A stretch of DNA of 64,000 nucleotides from Lama guanicoe (Eukaryota). Each line of letters opens with the position of its first letter. The stretch's first letter is position 1. The stretch lies in contig MU053652.1 of NCBI GenBank assembly GCA_013239625.1, forward strand, positions 3,337,902 through 3,401,901. The letters are read 5' to 3'. Below are positions 51,135-62,876 of this stretch, in pieces. Made by a program: the position numbers and the translations under genes. The notes beneath the pieces were generated by a model. The model saw only the letters and a program-made list of their open reading frames with translations. It was not told the origin of the DNA and ran no database searches.

Positions 51135-51264
51135 TTGCTTCCCTTTTTTTAAAGCTTTACCAAATTTGGTGTCTTCCCTGTAAGTGTTTGTACGTGTGCG
51201 TGTGTGTATATCTCATATGTTTTTCCAGTTATTTGGAACTTTCTAGAAAAAAATCACACGAAAT

Positions 51265-51965
51265 CTTGTTTTGTTGTATAATATTTCAGTATGTAAAAAC
51301 ACCATACTTTACTCACTCATTCTCCCACTGGTGAACTTTTAAGTTGTTTTTAGGTTTTTGTTATTACAGTGTTGCTGTGAACATTCTCATATATGTCTCC
51401 TGTTGTATACTGCAAGAATTTCTCGGATTTATGCCTGGGGTGGAATAGCTGGATCATAAACTTTAGTGTGAACTTCAGAGGATAATGCCAAACTGTTTTC
51501 CAACATCGTTTTACTAATTCACACACCCACCAATAAGAGAGCCTATCATCCACCTCCTCTCCAACTTTTTAATTTCTGTAAACTGGATGAATATGAAATG
51601 GCATCTCACTGTGGTCTTGATGTGTGTGTCTTCCATCAGTAATCATCTTTTCCTATGTTTATCAGAATACCTATTACCTCTTAAGTGAAATGCTTGCTCA
51701 TATCTTGTGTCCATTTTCCTATCAGATTATTTGTGCTTTTTCTTACTGATCTGTAGTTCTTTGTATGTCCTTTGTCTGTTGAGTGTATTATGAATATTGT
51801 GAATATCTTCTCCTAGTTTATATCTTGTTTTCTCTATTTCTTTATGGCGTCTTTTAATGAAGAGATCTTAATTTGATTATAGTCATACACATTAAAACTT
51901 AATTTTATTATAGTCACAGGTATTCTTTTATGGCTTTTTAGGTCTTGTTTAAGAGCTCTTTCTCA
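51265..51965 (-). mobile_element. Old L1M 3' fragment
   Basis: GATAATGCCAAACTGTTTTCCAAC...CACACCCACCAATA...ATGGCATCTCACTGTGGTCTTGAT. Confidence 0.7.
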
Positions 51966-52695
51966 AGGAATCTAAAGGACATTCTCAATCTTGGGGGTAG
52001 GGGGTTCCACCAATAGAGCCAGGTTACAGGCAAGTCACGGAGGCAAGCATTGTCATGCCTACTGAGACAGTGTCTGGTCTGAGACAGCCCTGACTAGCCA
52101 GCACAAGCGACCAGCTGGCTGACTGGCAGGTGTGTTCTTGTTACAGAATTGGATGTATCACGCTATTAGAGCTGGATACCATTAAAAATTCTAATCATAG
52201 ACTGTAATTAACTTTCCTTGCTCCGACGCCCCGCTCACTAAACAACCTTCTGATTATAATTTGGCTTCCCATGTATCTTTGCCTACAGGGAGAGAATGTA
52301 CTGTTCAGGCCAACGTGAGGATCCAATCCACTAAACAGTTACATGCCATGATGTAAATTAATAAATTTGTATTCTGATTTTATCATCTGCCTCATCTGAG
52401 CTCTATAGGCGTGAGTCAGCATCCCCAAGCCTAATCAATATGGACACAGAGAATATCAAGCTTCTGAGCTGAAAAACTAAGAACTAGACCTAGGACCTGA
52501 GAGAAATCACCAAGGTAACATTACCCTGGAGGCCCGGAGGCCTGATGGAGAAGGCCTTCTTATATGTCATGTGATATGGACAGGGATTAAAATTGACTTT
52601 TGACATTATAAAGAGCTGCATATTCAAAACCATGGCTTGGTTCCATTCAGGTGAAGGCAAAGAACAGGAGATGATCAGGAGACTCAGTCTGAATA

Positions 52696-52701
52696 TTTAT
52701 T
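52696..52701 (-). terminator. Candidate CPA4 distal polyadenylation signal AATAAA
   Basis: tttatt on + strand about 1.2 kb after the stop, followed on the - strand by a pyrimidine/U-rich tract; a more proximal AATAAA lies at 53373-53368. Confidence 0.45.
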
Positions 52702-53882
52702 GGTTTATGAGCACACACCAGATGCTGCACAAATCCTAGGCAGAAGGACAAGATTTACAGACATGCTTGAAAAAAGCAAACTGGAAAAAAGGGGGGTGGT
52801 GCAGATGGTACACACTGAGGAGGAATGGAGAAAGTGGCGCCTAAAGAGGCATCTAACTGATAAATCCTTGATCCACTTTGGTATTCATGGTCCAGGATGC
52901 AAAATAGAAAACAGCAACTTTAAGGACCAAAAACAGAAAACACAAAAAACAAAAACCAGAAGGAAACACAAGGGACACAAGAGAACAAACAGGAATGTGC
53001 CAGGGCAGTGAGATTATCCAGGCCAGAGGAGTGATTTAGGACCAGCAGGGTGAGAGGAAGATATCTGAAGCAAGTTCAAAAGACAAAGTGGAGGTGAGCC
53101 CATTAGGACAGATGGGGATAATTTAGCAATCCTGCTATCAGATCAGCACTTCATCTAGGGTTTCTGAGTGGGCAGTACCCACAGTGACACAGATCTCCTT
53201 CTGGGATCCCAATTACACTGAATAATAAAGGGAAGAATATGATCAGAGATGTAGTATCTGGGAATTTTTGGCCCAGTGATAAGAAGTGATCCTCTACTTT
53301 GTATTCTGACCAAAAACAAAGAAAAAAATGGGGGAGGGGGATGACCTATACTGATGACCCTATGGGATTTATTTTCCAAAGAAAAATATTTTCAAGAAAG
53401 AGTGAGATAAATTAAAGGAAGTTCGGTGTCATCTTTGAGACCAATCTAAAAAACAAGCTTTATCTTCCACAGCACTTCCCATGGGACCCCCACCAGAGCA
53501 AAGTCACAGGCGTGGCTAGATTGGATGAAGCTAGAGAAATATTTCAGATGTCCTTTTGTTCTAAAAATGAGGTAGAGACATGCCACCCAGTAAGGAGTGA
53601 TCCTACATGTGGCTTGCCCAACTGGCTGTGTGGAAGGAGAGGCATACAAAGTGTTCAGCAAAACAGCAGGACCAAAAGATAGCAGGGTGACAGAAGCACT
53701 TCTCCCAGAGCACCACAAGAATGCATAAACTTCAAGGAGGGGGCTAGAAAGGGGCTGGCCTTTGTTCTCTACAAAGCCAGAAGGCTCTGACTCACATGTG
53801 AAAGAACAAGAGTCCTTTATAGTGGGCTTAATATGTGTGTGTAATGGGGATAAGTAGATGTAGAAAGAGCGGGGCTCCTCAT

Positions 53883-54070
53883 CTAGTAGAGGTGGTCCCG
53901 CACATGCTCCATGATGGTCTTCATCCCCAGCCAGGTCTCCTCTGCAGTGGGGATGATCTGGTTGGCTGGCAGAAGGAAGCCATAGTGCCTAGTATCTCTC
54001 AACTCAAAAGCAAATGCATACTTGATGCCATTATCATATGCCCAGTCAGTGCTGCTCCCGCTAGCTGGAT
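53883..54070 (-). CDS. CPA4: CPA4 last coding exon ([62 protein letters not shown])
   Basis: 188 nt to TAG at 53885-53883; acceptor TTAACAG|AT. Confidence 0.94.
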
Positions 54071-54348
54071 CTGTTAAGTCAAAAGAGAAAACACCTTTGA
54101 AGCCTAGTTCCTTTCAGAAATAGAAGGGAAGGGGCCAGGAATTCTGTGGATCTGTGGCTCCTTAGGGATCTGAAAGTCATCAGGACTACAACACATTAAA
54201 CACTGGCCTGAATTATGTCTCAGACTGTCCTGCACCATGAGGGTCTCCACTAGTCTCAAACCAAGAGATTTTAAATGCTCATTTCCATCTTGTCACCAAA
54301 CTCACTGTGTAGACTCCTTCAGGTCACTCAAAACCAATCTTGACAGAG

Positions 54349-54875
54349 TGTGGTAGGCAGCCTCCAGGATAGCCACAATGATCCTTGTCTCCTGGTATTC
54401 ACACCCTTGTGTAATGCCCTCCTACACTGGACAGGGCTGACCTGACCTGTGTTACAGGAGACTGCAGAAATGAAGGTGTGTGCCCTTCAAGGCTAGGTCA
54501 TAAATCCATGGGTTTTGCCTTGCTCTTTCTCGGATCATTCGCTCTGGGGAGAGGCAGCTGTCATATTGTAAGGACACTCAAACAGCCCTATAAAGAGGTC
54601 TATGTGGTGAAGAACTCACTGTCAATAATCACCTGCCAGGCACCCGTGTAAGCCCCCTGAGAAGCAGATCCTCCAGCCCCATCAAGCCGTTAGATGACTG
54701 TCCCCCTGGAAGACACCTGGACTGCAACCTCCTGAGAGCCCCTGAGCCAGAGCCACCCAGCTAAGATGCTCTGGAGGTCCTGACCCACAGAAATTGTGTA
54801 AGAAAATTAATGTTTATTGTTTTAAGCTGTTGAAGTCTAGGGTAACTTTTTACATCACAAGAGATAACTGACACA
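54349..54875 (+). mobile_element. Full-length solo MLT1 (E/F-like) MaLR LTR in the last CPA4 intron
   Basis: TG...CA termini (TGTGGTAGGCAGCCTCC ... GATAACTGACACA) and a perfect 5-bp TSD CAGAG at 54344-54348 and 54876-54880. Confidence 0.88.
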
Positions 54876-55034
54876 CAGAGAGAGAAAGAAGCACAGACCT
54901 TGGGACTTCCCTTTGCCAAAAGGCTGAGGAAGGGCAAGAGGCTTGTTTCCCTGCTTCTTCCCAGTCAAACTCCACTAGAGCAGAAATTGGCCAAAAGTGC
55001 AAAGAGTAGATGATATTGAATAATAAAATAATGA

Positions 55035-55260
55035 TGTCAATAGTAGCTACCATTTATTGAAATCTACTATGAGTCAGTCATTATGCTAGAAAGTTTACAT
55101 TTATCAGTTCATTTAATCTTTAAGAAACCAGTGAGGAAGGTATTATCTGCCTTGCTGTTCAGATGAGGAAATCCAGTCTCAGAATGAATAATTTAAGAAA
55201 ATATGGATGGAAAATGGCAGGGCTGGTCCATCTGATAACAAAGTCCCTGTTTTATTCAAC
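55035..55260 (-). mobile_element. MIR SINE
   Basis: GCTACCATTTATTGA...TCATTTAATCTT...CAGATGAGGAAA. Confidence 0.65.
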
Positions 55261-57880
55261 CTACTTCTAGTCTATTTAGTATGTAACATATATATATGTC
55301 TATTCAGTGAAAATATGGGCCCTTTTGTTTTTCCACTGTCCCTGAGGGTTGTTTCTCATGATATCATTTGTGATTTTCTAGAAATGCTGCTTCTGCTGCA
55401 ATTACACGCTCCCTAAGGTTATGAAACAGGCTCTCCTACACTCTCTGAAATCCTTCTGTAGTTCCCACAGCCTTTCTCCACACAGAGAAAATACTGTGTA
55501 AAAAACAGACAATGGCACCAAAAGTTTCTAGAAGTTATTTACATGGCAAGCTCAAATATTTCAGAACGGATTTTAAATTCAGGAAAGAGGCAAGATAACC
55601 TCTGCTGAGCAAATCGATCAGATCCATGAACTTCACTTTACTTGGGTTCCTGCTAAGTCTACCTACTCTTTTTTTTTTCAAAACACATATAGGAGTATAC
55701 TATTAACACTGCTTGGCACACTGTATTTTTCAATTAACATTTGAAGATTTTCCCTTACTAGCACATACAGATTCACCTCATTCACTTAAGGGTTGCATAC
55801 TGTATAAATGCACCAAATGTGTTTTTACCCAGCACTCTACCGATGAACATTTACATTTAGGTGCTTACCAGTCTTTTGTGACGATAGACATGCTATCATG
55901 AACGTCCTTAATACTCAACATCTAGCCACAAGCCAAACGAGCCCAAAAAACTTGTTTCCAAGCCCTTAGTAGATCAGAATCAATGAGGAGGAGGGGAGAG
56001 GGTTGCTAGAGGCAGGTGGCCTGAGGAAGGAGACATGAAGACTGTAAAAAGCAGACACGAGAATTAAAAAAGCAAAACAGGCTGGGCTGTTGAGCATAAG
56101 GATCGAACAGTCTGATACATCAAGGAAGGCCTTCGAGATACAACAACTGATGTTCAGAAGGCCACTCAGTCATGAAGAAAGGAGCTCAAATCTCTTCTAC
56201 GTGCTCTGTTTAAGGAGGCAGGAAAGTATGAAAATCCATTTTAGAATTATTTTCATCTAAAATGATTAATCTAAGAAAAGCTCCAGTGCTTGAAGGGATA
56301 AATGTCAACTACCTATACAGCACATACCATAACCCAGGGAGTTGGAGTGTTTTTATACAAACATTGATTTCATTTTTGGAAAGAAAGGAGAGCAGAAAAA
56401 GCCTATTAAAAAATACAGAAAATGGGCTCTCAAAGGAGGTAGGAAATATTATATCTCCCGGACATCACTCAGGAGAGCCTTCCTCCTCTTCTGTTGGAGG
56501 AATCTAATGGATATCTCATCTAATGGGTATCTCATCATTTTGGCACAGTCCATGCTGGGGAGAGGAATGTTTTTGATGTGTGTGGAAAAGATTATTCTTT
56601 AAATTGGTATCTGACCCAAAAGTCAGGGCCTGGTGACACTCAAAGATCTTCTGAGAGGACTTCCTCAGGGGGCTCCTACCAAATTCCTTTAGCTCTCTTT
56701 GGTCCAGGATTCAATCTGACTAATTAAACAGAGAGTGGAGATCCTCTCCTGATGTGTTTGTTCTCTAAGGAGTTCCCATTCAACAACACTAGTATTACCA
56801 TGAATAATTAATGGGTTGTTGTTGCAATTAGCAACACAAACACCAATATCATGCTAAGTGCTTTATGCAGCTTGGTGGAATATGAAACACAGACAAGAGT
56901 GCTGAGATTAGAGTACAGAGGAGGAGCCAAGAGGTGGGATGGAGAATCTTTGCAGAAAAGGAAGATTGAAGGGAACAGCTGGTTGAGGGCGAAGCAGGTA
57001 GGATGGGAGAGCAAGTTCAGTATAGGAAAGGAGAGAAATACCAGCAAGTTTTTAGGGGCTTTGAGGGTGGACCAATTGATGGAAACTACTTATAGAGAAA
57101 GCACCAGAGGGGGAAAGAAGGGAACTCACTTTATGCTCCCCACATTTGTGTTTCTACTTCCCACTTATAGCTGGGGTCTTGGAGAATAATCATATCCTTC
57201 AATTTGATCTTAAAATTTATAGATCAAACTCACAGAATAAGGGAACTGGAAGGATCTCGAAAGAAATAGAGTGAAATGCTCAAATGAAACACTTCACTGA
57301 GAAACCACAATAAGGGTATTTCCTCAAATTGTGGTTGAGTTGTGGGTAATGAGCCTCAAGACCATGTTCATGTTTGGGGTCCTGGTAAAGTCTGTTTTTG
57401 TTTTTGTTTTTCAGCTAATGCTAACCATCATCTGGAGGACGCCCCCTGCCAACCCAGCTGGCTATGTTCAATGTGTGTTCATTTCTGACAGGAAGGTAAG
57501 GGGGTCTCCTCTACACCCCATCCCACCACCTCAGTCTGCCAAGCCAAAGGTGGGTTTCCTTTGAAGATGGAATGATGGGCTTGAGGAATTTTTGATAAAC
57601 CATGTCAGGATCTTTCATGGAAGACAAGGAACACAGACTCTACCATGCTGACAAGACTTAACTCATCATGGGCCCATGATAATGAGCATAAGAGTGATAA
57701 CCACTGATGAAGATGACGGCCTGTGGCAGCTATCATCACAGGCTTAATATAAATTCAGCCCATCACTAACAACAGAAACAGACTACATGTAGGAAGGCTG
57801 ACTGGCACCTCTTCTCCTGCTCCATTTCAAGTGTCCTCTCAAAGCGTTTCTAATAACCAATAAACACAGTGAGTACTTAC

Positions 57881-57965
57881 AGATAGTGGTGCTGATAGGA
57901 CCCACGCGATACTCAGTGCCCGACAGCGAAGCCAGAGCTTTGGCCGCACGCCTTGCCACCTCATC
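57881..57965 (-). CDS. CPA4: CPA4 exon (DEVARRAAKALASLSGTEYRVGPISTTI)
   Basis: 85 nt; CCTAG|GAT ... T|GTAAGT. Confidence 0.93.
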
Positions 57966-59065
57966 CTAGGAGCAGGGAAGTCAGTGGAGTGAGAGAGAAT
58001 GGATCCCAAAGCCAGACATTCCTCAGCTGTTCAGTCCTGCAGTGGTTTGGAAGCTTCCCGAACCCAGCCCCAATGTTCCATTTTGATCTCTTCTTTCCCT
58101 TCCAACCAGAGCCAAGGTCTGACTACAAAGTGAGGGAAATGGTATGGTTCCTCCAATTCCTTCTCCTACTACATCCTCAGTTCTTTACTTCCAGTGTGGG
58201 GAAGAGGGTAAGGAGAGAGGAGGAAGACCAGATAAGCACTCTGAATCAGATCATGTGCATTAATAACTCAAATTAGAGGAGCTGTATTTAAGCTCGCCAG
58301 CCCATTAGGAATTTAGTAAAGGCACCGCCATCCTCACCTATCTTGTAGAAAGGGAATATCATGTCCATGAACATGAGGGTAGGGCAAGCATGTTCAAGAG
58401 AATATCTTCTAAGAGTTGAGTGTTTCCAAAGTGGAGGTAGGGGCTGCCATATATGGATGTACCCTACACGGAGCATTTGCTTGAGACCAGAATCTAGTCC
58501 ACACCAAGCCATAAGCCCTAGGTAGGGCATGGCCTTGGACAGAGGGGCACACTCAAGCAGACCAGCACAGAGAGCAGGGACTACAATCACCTTGCAGCTG
58601 CCAGGAAGTCCCGCTGCTGATGTGATGCCTGCTCATATCCTGGGGTGAGTAAATGTATGTGACACAGACAGAGCACCCCTAGGCTGTGGTCTACACCCTA
58701 CTTAAACTCTGCATTACCTGGAGTGAGGAGCACCCCTCCCTTACCCACCACAATGTCACCCACAGTTCTTCACAAAAAGTGCCTCTGCAATACATTTTGG
58801 TCAGAAAAACAAGTGAAAAGGAAAGACGGGGTTGCAAGGTGTGGTTCTTGCAACTCACAGCAAACACAAAAATAAGAGGCATCATCTTCTTCCTGTTCCC
58901 AGTAAGCCTGACGGCACATCGCAAAGAACAGGGAGAAAAGACTGGGCCCTTAATGAAACAAGCCCTGATCCTGGACTTTCCCTATGAATCTAGAGAACCA
59001 CCACCTTGGCAGCACCCAGGTGAAAAGTAGACCCAGGGCTGAGTGAGAAGAAGCCCACAACTTAC

Positions 59066-59265
59066 CAGCTCTTTAGTATCCGGGGCCTTGTTGAACGTGT
59101 ACCCATATGGGTACATCAGCAGCTGTGAGTAGCTGTGAAGGTCAATGAAACATTTGAAATTCCTGTGTTTTTGGATGAAATCTACCACTGATTTCACCTC
59201 TACTTCCGAATTGGCATGGGTTCCATGGTATGCTTCAGAGCAAGGGTCGTCACTGGCTCCCTTTC
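59066..59265 (-). CDS. CPA4: CPA4 exon ([15 protein letters not shown]...[28 protein letters not shown])
   Basis: 200 nt; H196; TACAG|GA ... CTG|GTAAGT. Confidence 0.94.
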
Positions 59266-60675
59266 CTGTAGGGATGACCCAAGCAGAAATATTAACCCAT
59301 AGGCTAAGAAGCAGAAATACAGGATACTCTACCCAGAAGCGGGGCGGGAGGTATGAGCAGGCCCCTGCCAGCTGCCCTCGAGAACCTGGTCCGCATGTGT
59401 GTATTTGTGGGAAGGGTGTGGAAGTGGGAGGTCGGGGTGTTGAATCTGCCACGGCTAAGCAGGAAAACTGGTAGGACTCCTTTAAATGGATAGAGATGAC
59501 CTTGTATTGTATCACTAATAGTTGTCATAAATAATTAATACCACACACGACAATGAGTTGTAATTAATAAGTATTCTAGATAATTAATATGAATACCAAT
59601 TAATAATGAAAATGACTCCATTTATACTGGTGTCAACTCATTCTCTTAGTTCAGATATTAATGGCCAAGTGCTGCCAAAAATAATCTATTGTTGTGGCTA
59701 AAAATTTCCTGATTATTTGACAGGTATTAGAATTACTGCCTTCTGTTTTACTTCACAGTATAGCCCCCTAAGGTATCTGATGTGTGTGTGAAACCACCCC
59801 TGTTGTGACTTAACCTTGATGCCCTCCATTCCCACATTTATATCAGCTATTTTCCCACAATCACATTATTTTTCCCCCAATAGTTTGTGTGGTATTTCAT
59901 TCCAAGTAAGAGAAGTAAAACCATTACATTAAAACATTACATTAAATATTACATTACAACAGTACATTAAAAACAAAATATCAGTACAGCTGTGGAATAG
60001 TGAAAGAGAACTATCAGGATCTGGAATTGCAAAGTGAGCTTAGATCCTAATTCTTATCAACCATATGCTCTTGAGATTGTCTCTGAGCTTCAACTGTCTC
60101 ATTTCAGATAAGAATATTCACTCTCTAGGTCAGAAGAATAAATAAGATAACATATGGGAAAGTACCTGGAACATAGTTGGCACTACTGTGGGAATGATTT
60201 TTAAATAGCTGGAACTCAGAACCCAGGTCTTCTAATTTTCATTCTCTTTCCATGACATCAAAGGGCTGAAGTTCACACTTATACATCTAAGGGTAAACTG
60301 CTGCAGTTTAATTTTCACAATATGATCTTGCCTGTTGGAGTAATAGTGCTAATTGCTCTATTCTGAGCTGCCCTTCCACTCACCCAGTAACTTGTCCAGA
60401 AGCCATGATAACCAGGGTATAAAGTAGGCCCATAGATTTATGTATTTAAAGCAGAACTTTAAAAAAAATAGCATTCTCTCAGGAGGACAGAGATTTCCTT
60501 TCAAAATTACAAAAACAAAAACAAAAACATAGGGTAAGGGATTTACCCAAGTTTCTCAATGAAATCAGCAATGGAGCCAGCTTGGAAACCAGCTCCTCCC
60601 TCACTGCCACCTCAGAGCCCTGTGGACCAGGCTATGCAGAGGTAGCAGAATTTTAAAACTATCTCCCCCACATAC

Positions 60676-60766
60676 CTGCAAAACTAACATTCCAATTTCT
60701 ATTTAGATCAGTACCAATGCAGGAGCTTCCAGGATTTAGAGACCGTGACTTCCTCCATAATCGGTC
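60676..60766 (-). CDS. CPA4: CPA4 exon ([30 protein letters not shown])
   Basis: 91 nt; R127, N144/R145 and an N-V-S sequon; TTCAG|GAC ... G|GTATGT. Confidence 0.94.
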
Positions 60767-61129
60767 CTGAAAAATCCACCAAGGAAGGAGCAAACATTCA
60801 GAGACGGGTCAGGGTACAGGAGAGTTGGAGGCTTTCTTTGGGGGCCTGTGATGGAGATGGCCCCGTGGATGGGGCAAGCTGCCTGCAACAACTCCAGAGA
60901 TCTGAAGGATCACTGGGGCTTCAGCCCTCACTAAGTGAGGAGTCTCCTCTCGTCCCCCAGGGAGAGGAAGCTTGGCCCTTCTGACCTGGAGAAAAAGACT
61001 TCCCAAAATGCCCTGATGAGGACTTCATAACTGCAAGACCCAATGACACCACCTGAATCCACTGAATAATTTTGGGCTTTGGTAAAAGTGGGACAAATAG
61101 ATATTATGGGCCTCAGTTATCACTAATGT

Positions 61130-61730
61130 GATAGACAGTGCACAGTAACTATTTTATTCTTGCCTAAAAAATTAACTTGAATCCAACCAAGCATCTAGAT
61201 TGGACCACAAGTGAATAGGAAATACGGGGGATGACAGAATAAATTAAACAGCACACAACAAAGAAGCCATCAGGCAAATTCAGAACGTGAGACATTCTAC
61301 AGGACAATTTACTTGGTTTCTCCAATGAATGAATGACATTTTAAAAGATATGTGGGGGCAGGAGGAGGGGTTAATGTTGTAGAATTAAAAAGCTGGCAGA
61401 GGCGTAACAACCAAATGCGTAACAGACCTTATTTGGATCCTGATTTCAACAAACTGACTCAAAAGACATTTTAAAGATAACTGGGAATATCACATGATGT
61501 TAAAGAACTACCATTAATTTTTTACAGCTGATAGGGGTATATTTTTTGTTATTTTAATTGTCACCAGCTAGAGATGAATATTAAAGAAGTTTTGAATGAA
61601 ATAATCTGATGTCTAGGATTTGCTTTAAAATACGTCAGGAAAAAAATATGTGGGAGGGAAAGAAATGAAAAGAAGAAATTGGTAAAGTGTTGATAATTGT
61701 TCAAGATTCATAATAGGGAGTTCATTAGAC
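61130..61730 (+). mobile_element. Old L1 (L1MC/ME-like) 3'UTR fragment
   Basis: ACAACCAAATGC...GACCTTATTTGGATCCTGATTTCAACAAACTG...TGATGTCTAGGATTTGCTTTAAAATA. Confidence 0.65.
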
Positions 61731-61912
61731 TATTCCCTCTAAGAAAAAATATTCCCTGGTGACTCTCAGCTTAGAGAATGACTGGAAAATGAGACCCCGA
61801 GTAAGCTCCTAAGGAGCACATTTTGTGGAGCTTTTCTCCAAGGTCATACAACTATTTAGTCAACAAACAAGTCTTAACTCCAAGCCCAGCCCATTCAGTT
61901 GGTATCACTCAC

Positions 61913-62023
61913 TTGAGTTTGTGTGTAAACATATCCATCAGGATTGGCCACAGGCAACAAGAAAATATCCATTTTCTCCAAGATGGACGTGATGGCTGGA
62001 TCCTTCCCATAATCAGTTACAAT
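61913..62023 (-). CDS. CPA4: CPA4 exon (IVTDYGKDPAITSILEKMDIFLLPVANPDGYVYTQTQ)
   Basis: 111 nt; CTTAG|ATT ... CAA|GTGAGT. Confidence 0.94.
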
Positions 62024-62771
62024 CTAAGCAGAGCCAACAAGCTTGTCAGTTTTGCCACTGCAGGATGTGTTGCCAGATCTAAGCCTGTGTGTCCTCCCCA
62101 GATGCCCACCTCCTAGAACAATGTCCACCCTCTGCAGCCTCCCTACCACCCTCATAGGTGCAGCTCTCTGCAAAGCCCCCAGAGCACTTCAAAACCTAGG
62201 GGAACATGGCTGCCTGGTAACACCAACTTCAGTGAGTCCTGGGCTGCCTGGTTTATTCATTCCTTCCAGGGGATGGGAACAGGGGAGGGGAGAGCCATAC
62301 ATCATAACAGTTATTAGGAACCTGAGCCCCCATGCTAGGGGTAGGATCCTCCACTTGCACCACCCCTCCTCCCCCAGCACTGGCTTAAAGAAGATTTTCC
62401 AGAGGGACATGGAGATAGCATGAGGTCCCGGAGGGCCTGAGGGACCTGGAAGGGACTGAAGGCAAAGCTTATCTGGGCTTTGATGCTGAAAGACTCTGTT
62501 CCCTTCCTGCAGGGCTGACTATGGGTCAGTGTCTCAGGGCCACCTCTGTAGTTCATGAGCTTGCCTGCTGCCATGAACGCACTTTAGCATTTGGCCACAG
62601 TGGCCCAACCACAGGGCTCTGATCTTTTATTTCTCTGATCAGAAAAGACCCCCAGCCTACTGTGTCTATGCAGAGTACTCTCCCACCTCATCCCGTGAGC
62701 CCAGCCACATGGGACACTGCAGGGGCACCCCGGGCCCACCAGAATTCTCAGTTAATACCAGGAGACATAAC

Positions 62772-62876
62772 CTTTCTCGCAGTCCAGATTGCTGTGGCCT
62801 GTGAGATCCACTCCCGGGAATGGATGCCCGCGTTCAGCCAAATGGCCGGCCGCTGACTGCCTCTCCCAGTACTGAA
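62772..62876 (-). CDS. CPA4: CPA4 exon ([35 protein letters not shown])
   Basis: 105 nt, one codon longer than the CPA1/CPA5 paralogous exon; TACAG|TTC ... AAG|GTTATG. Confidence 0.94.

Larger units (their letters stand above)
53883..62876 (-). other. CPA4: Carboxypeptidase A4 gene, 3' part (last six coding exons)
   Basis: Exons of 105, 111, 91, 200, 85 and 188 nt, in frame; CPA4-type sequences [51 protein letters not shown]; lies directly upstream of CPA5. Confidence 0.93.

Noticed and set aside
59922..59973. Short imperfect tandem of ACATTACATTAAA-like units
   Set aside because: Ordinary AT-rich slippage repeat with no spacer structure; not CRISPR-like. No prokaryotic-type systems are evident in this mammalian window.
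53883..62876. CPA4 as a pseudogene, or as CPA2
   Set aside because: All six exons have canonical splice sites, expected lengths, open frames and catalytic residues. The sequence ([14 protein letters not shown], 105-nt exon, VRDHLY end) and adjacency to CPA5 fit CPA4.
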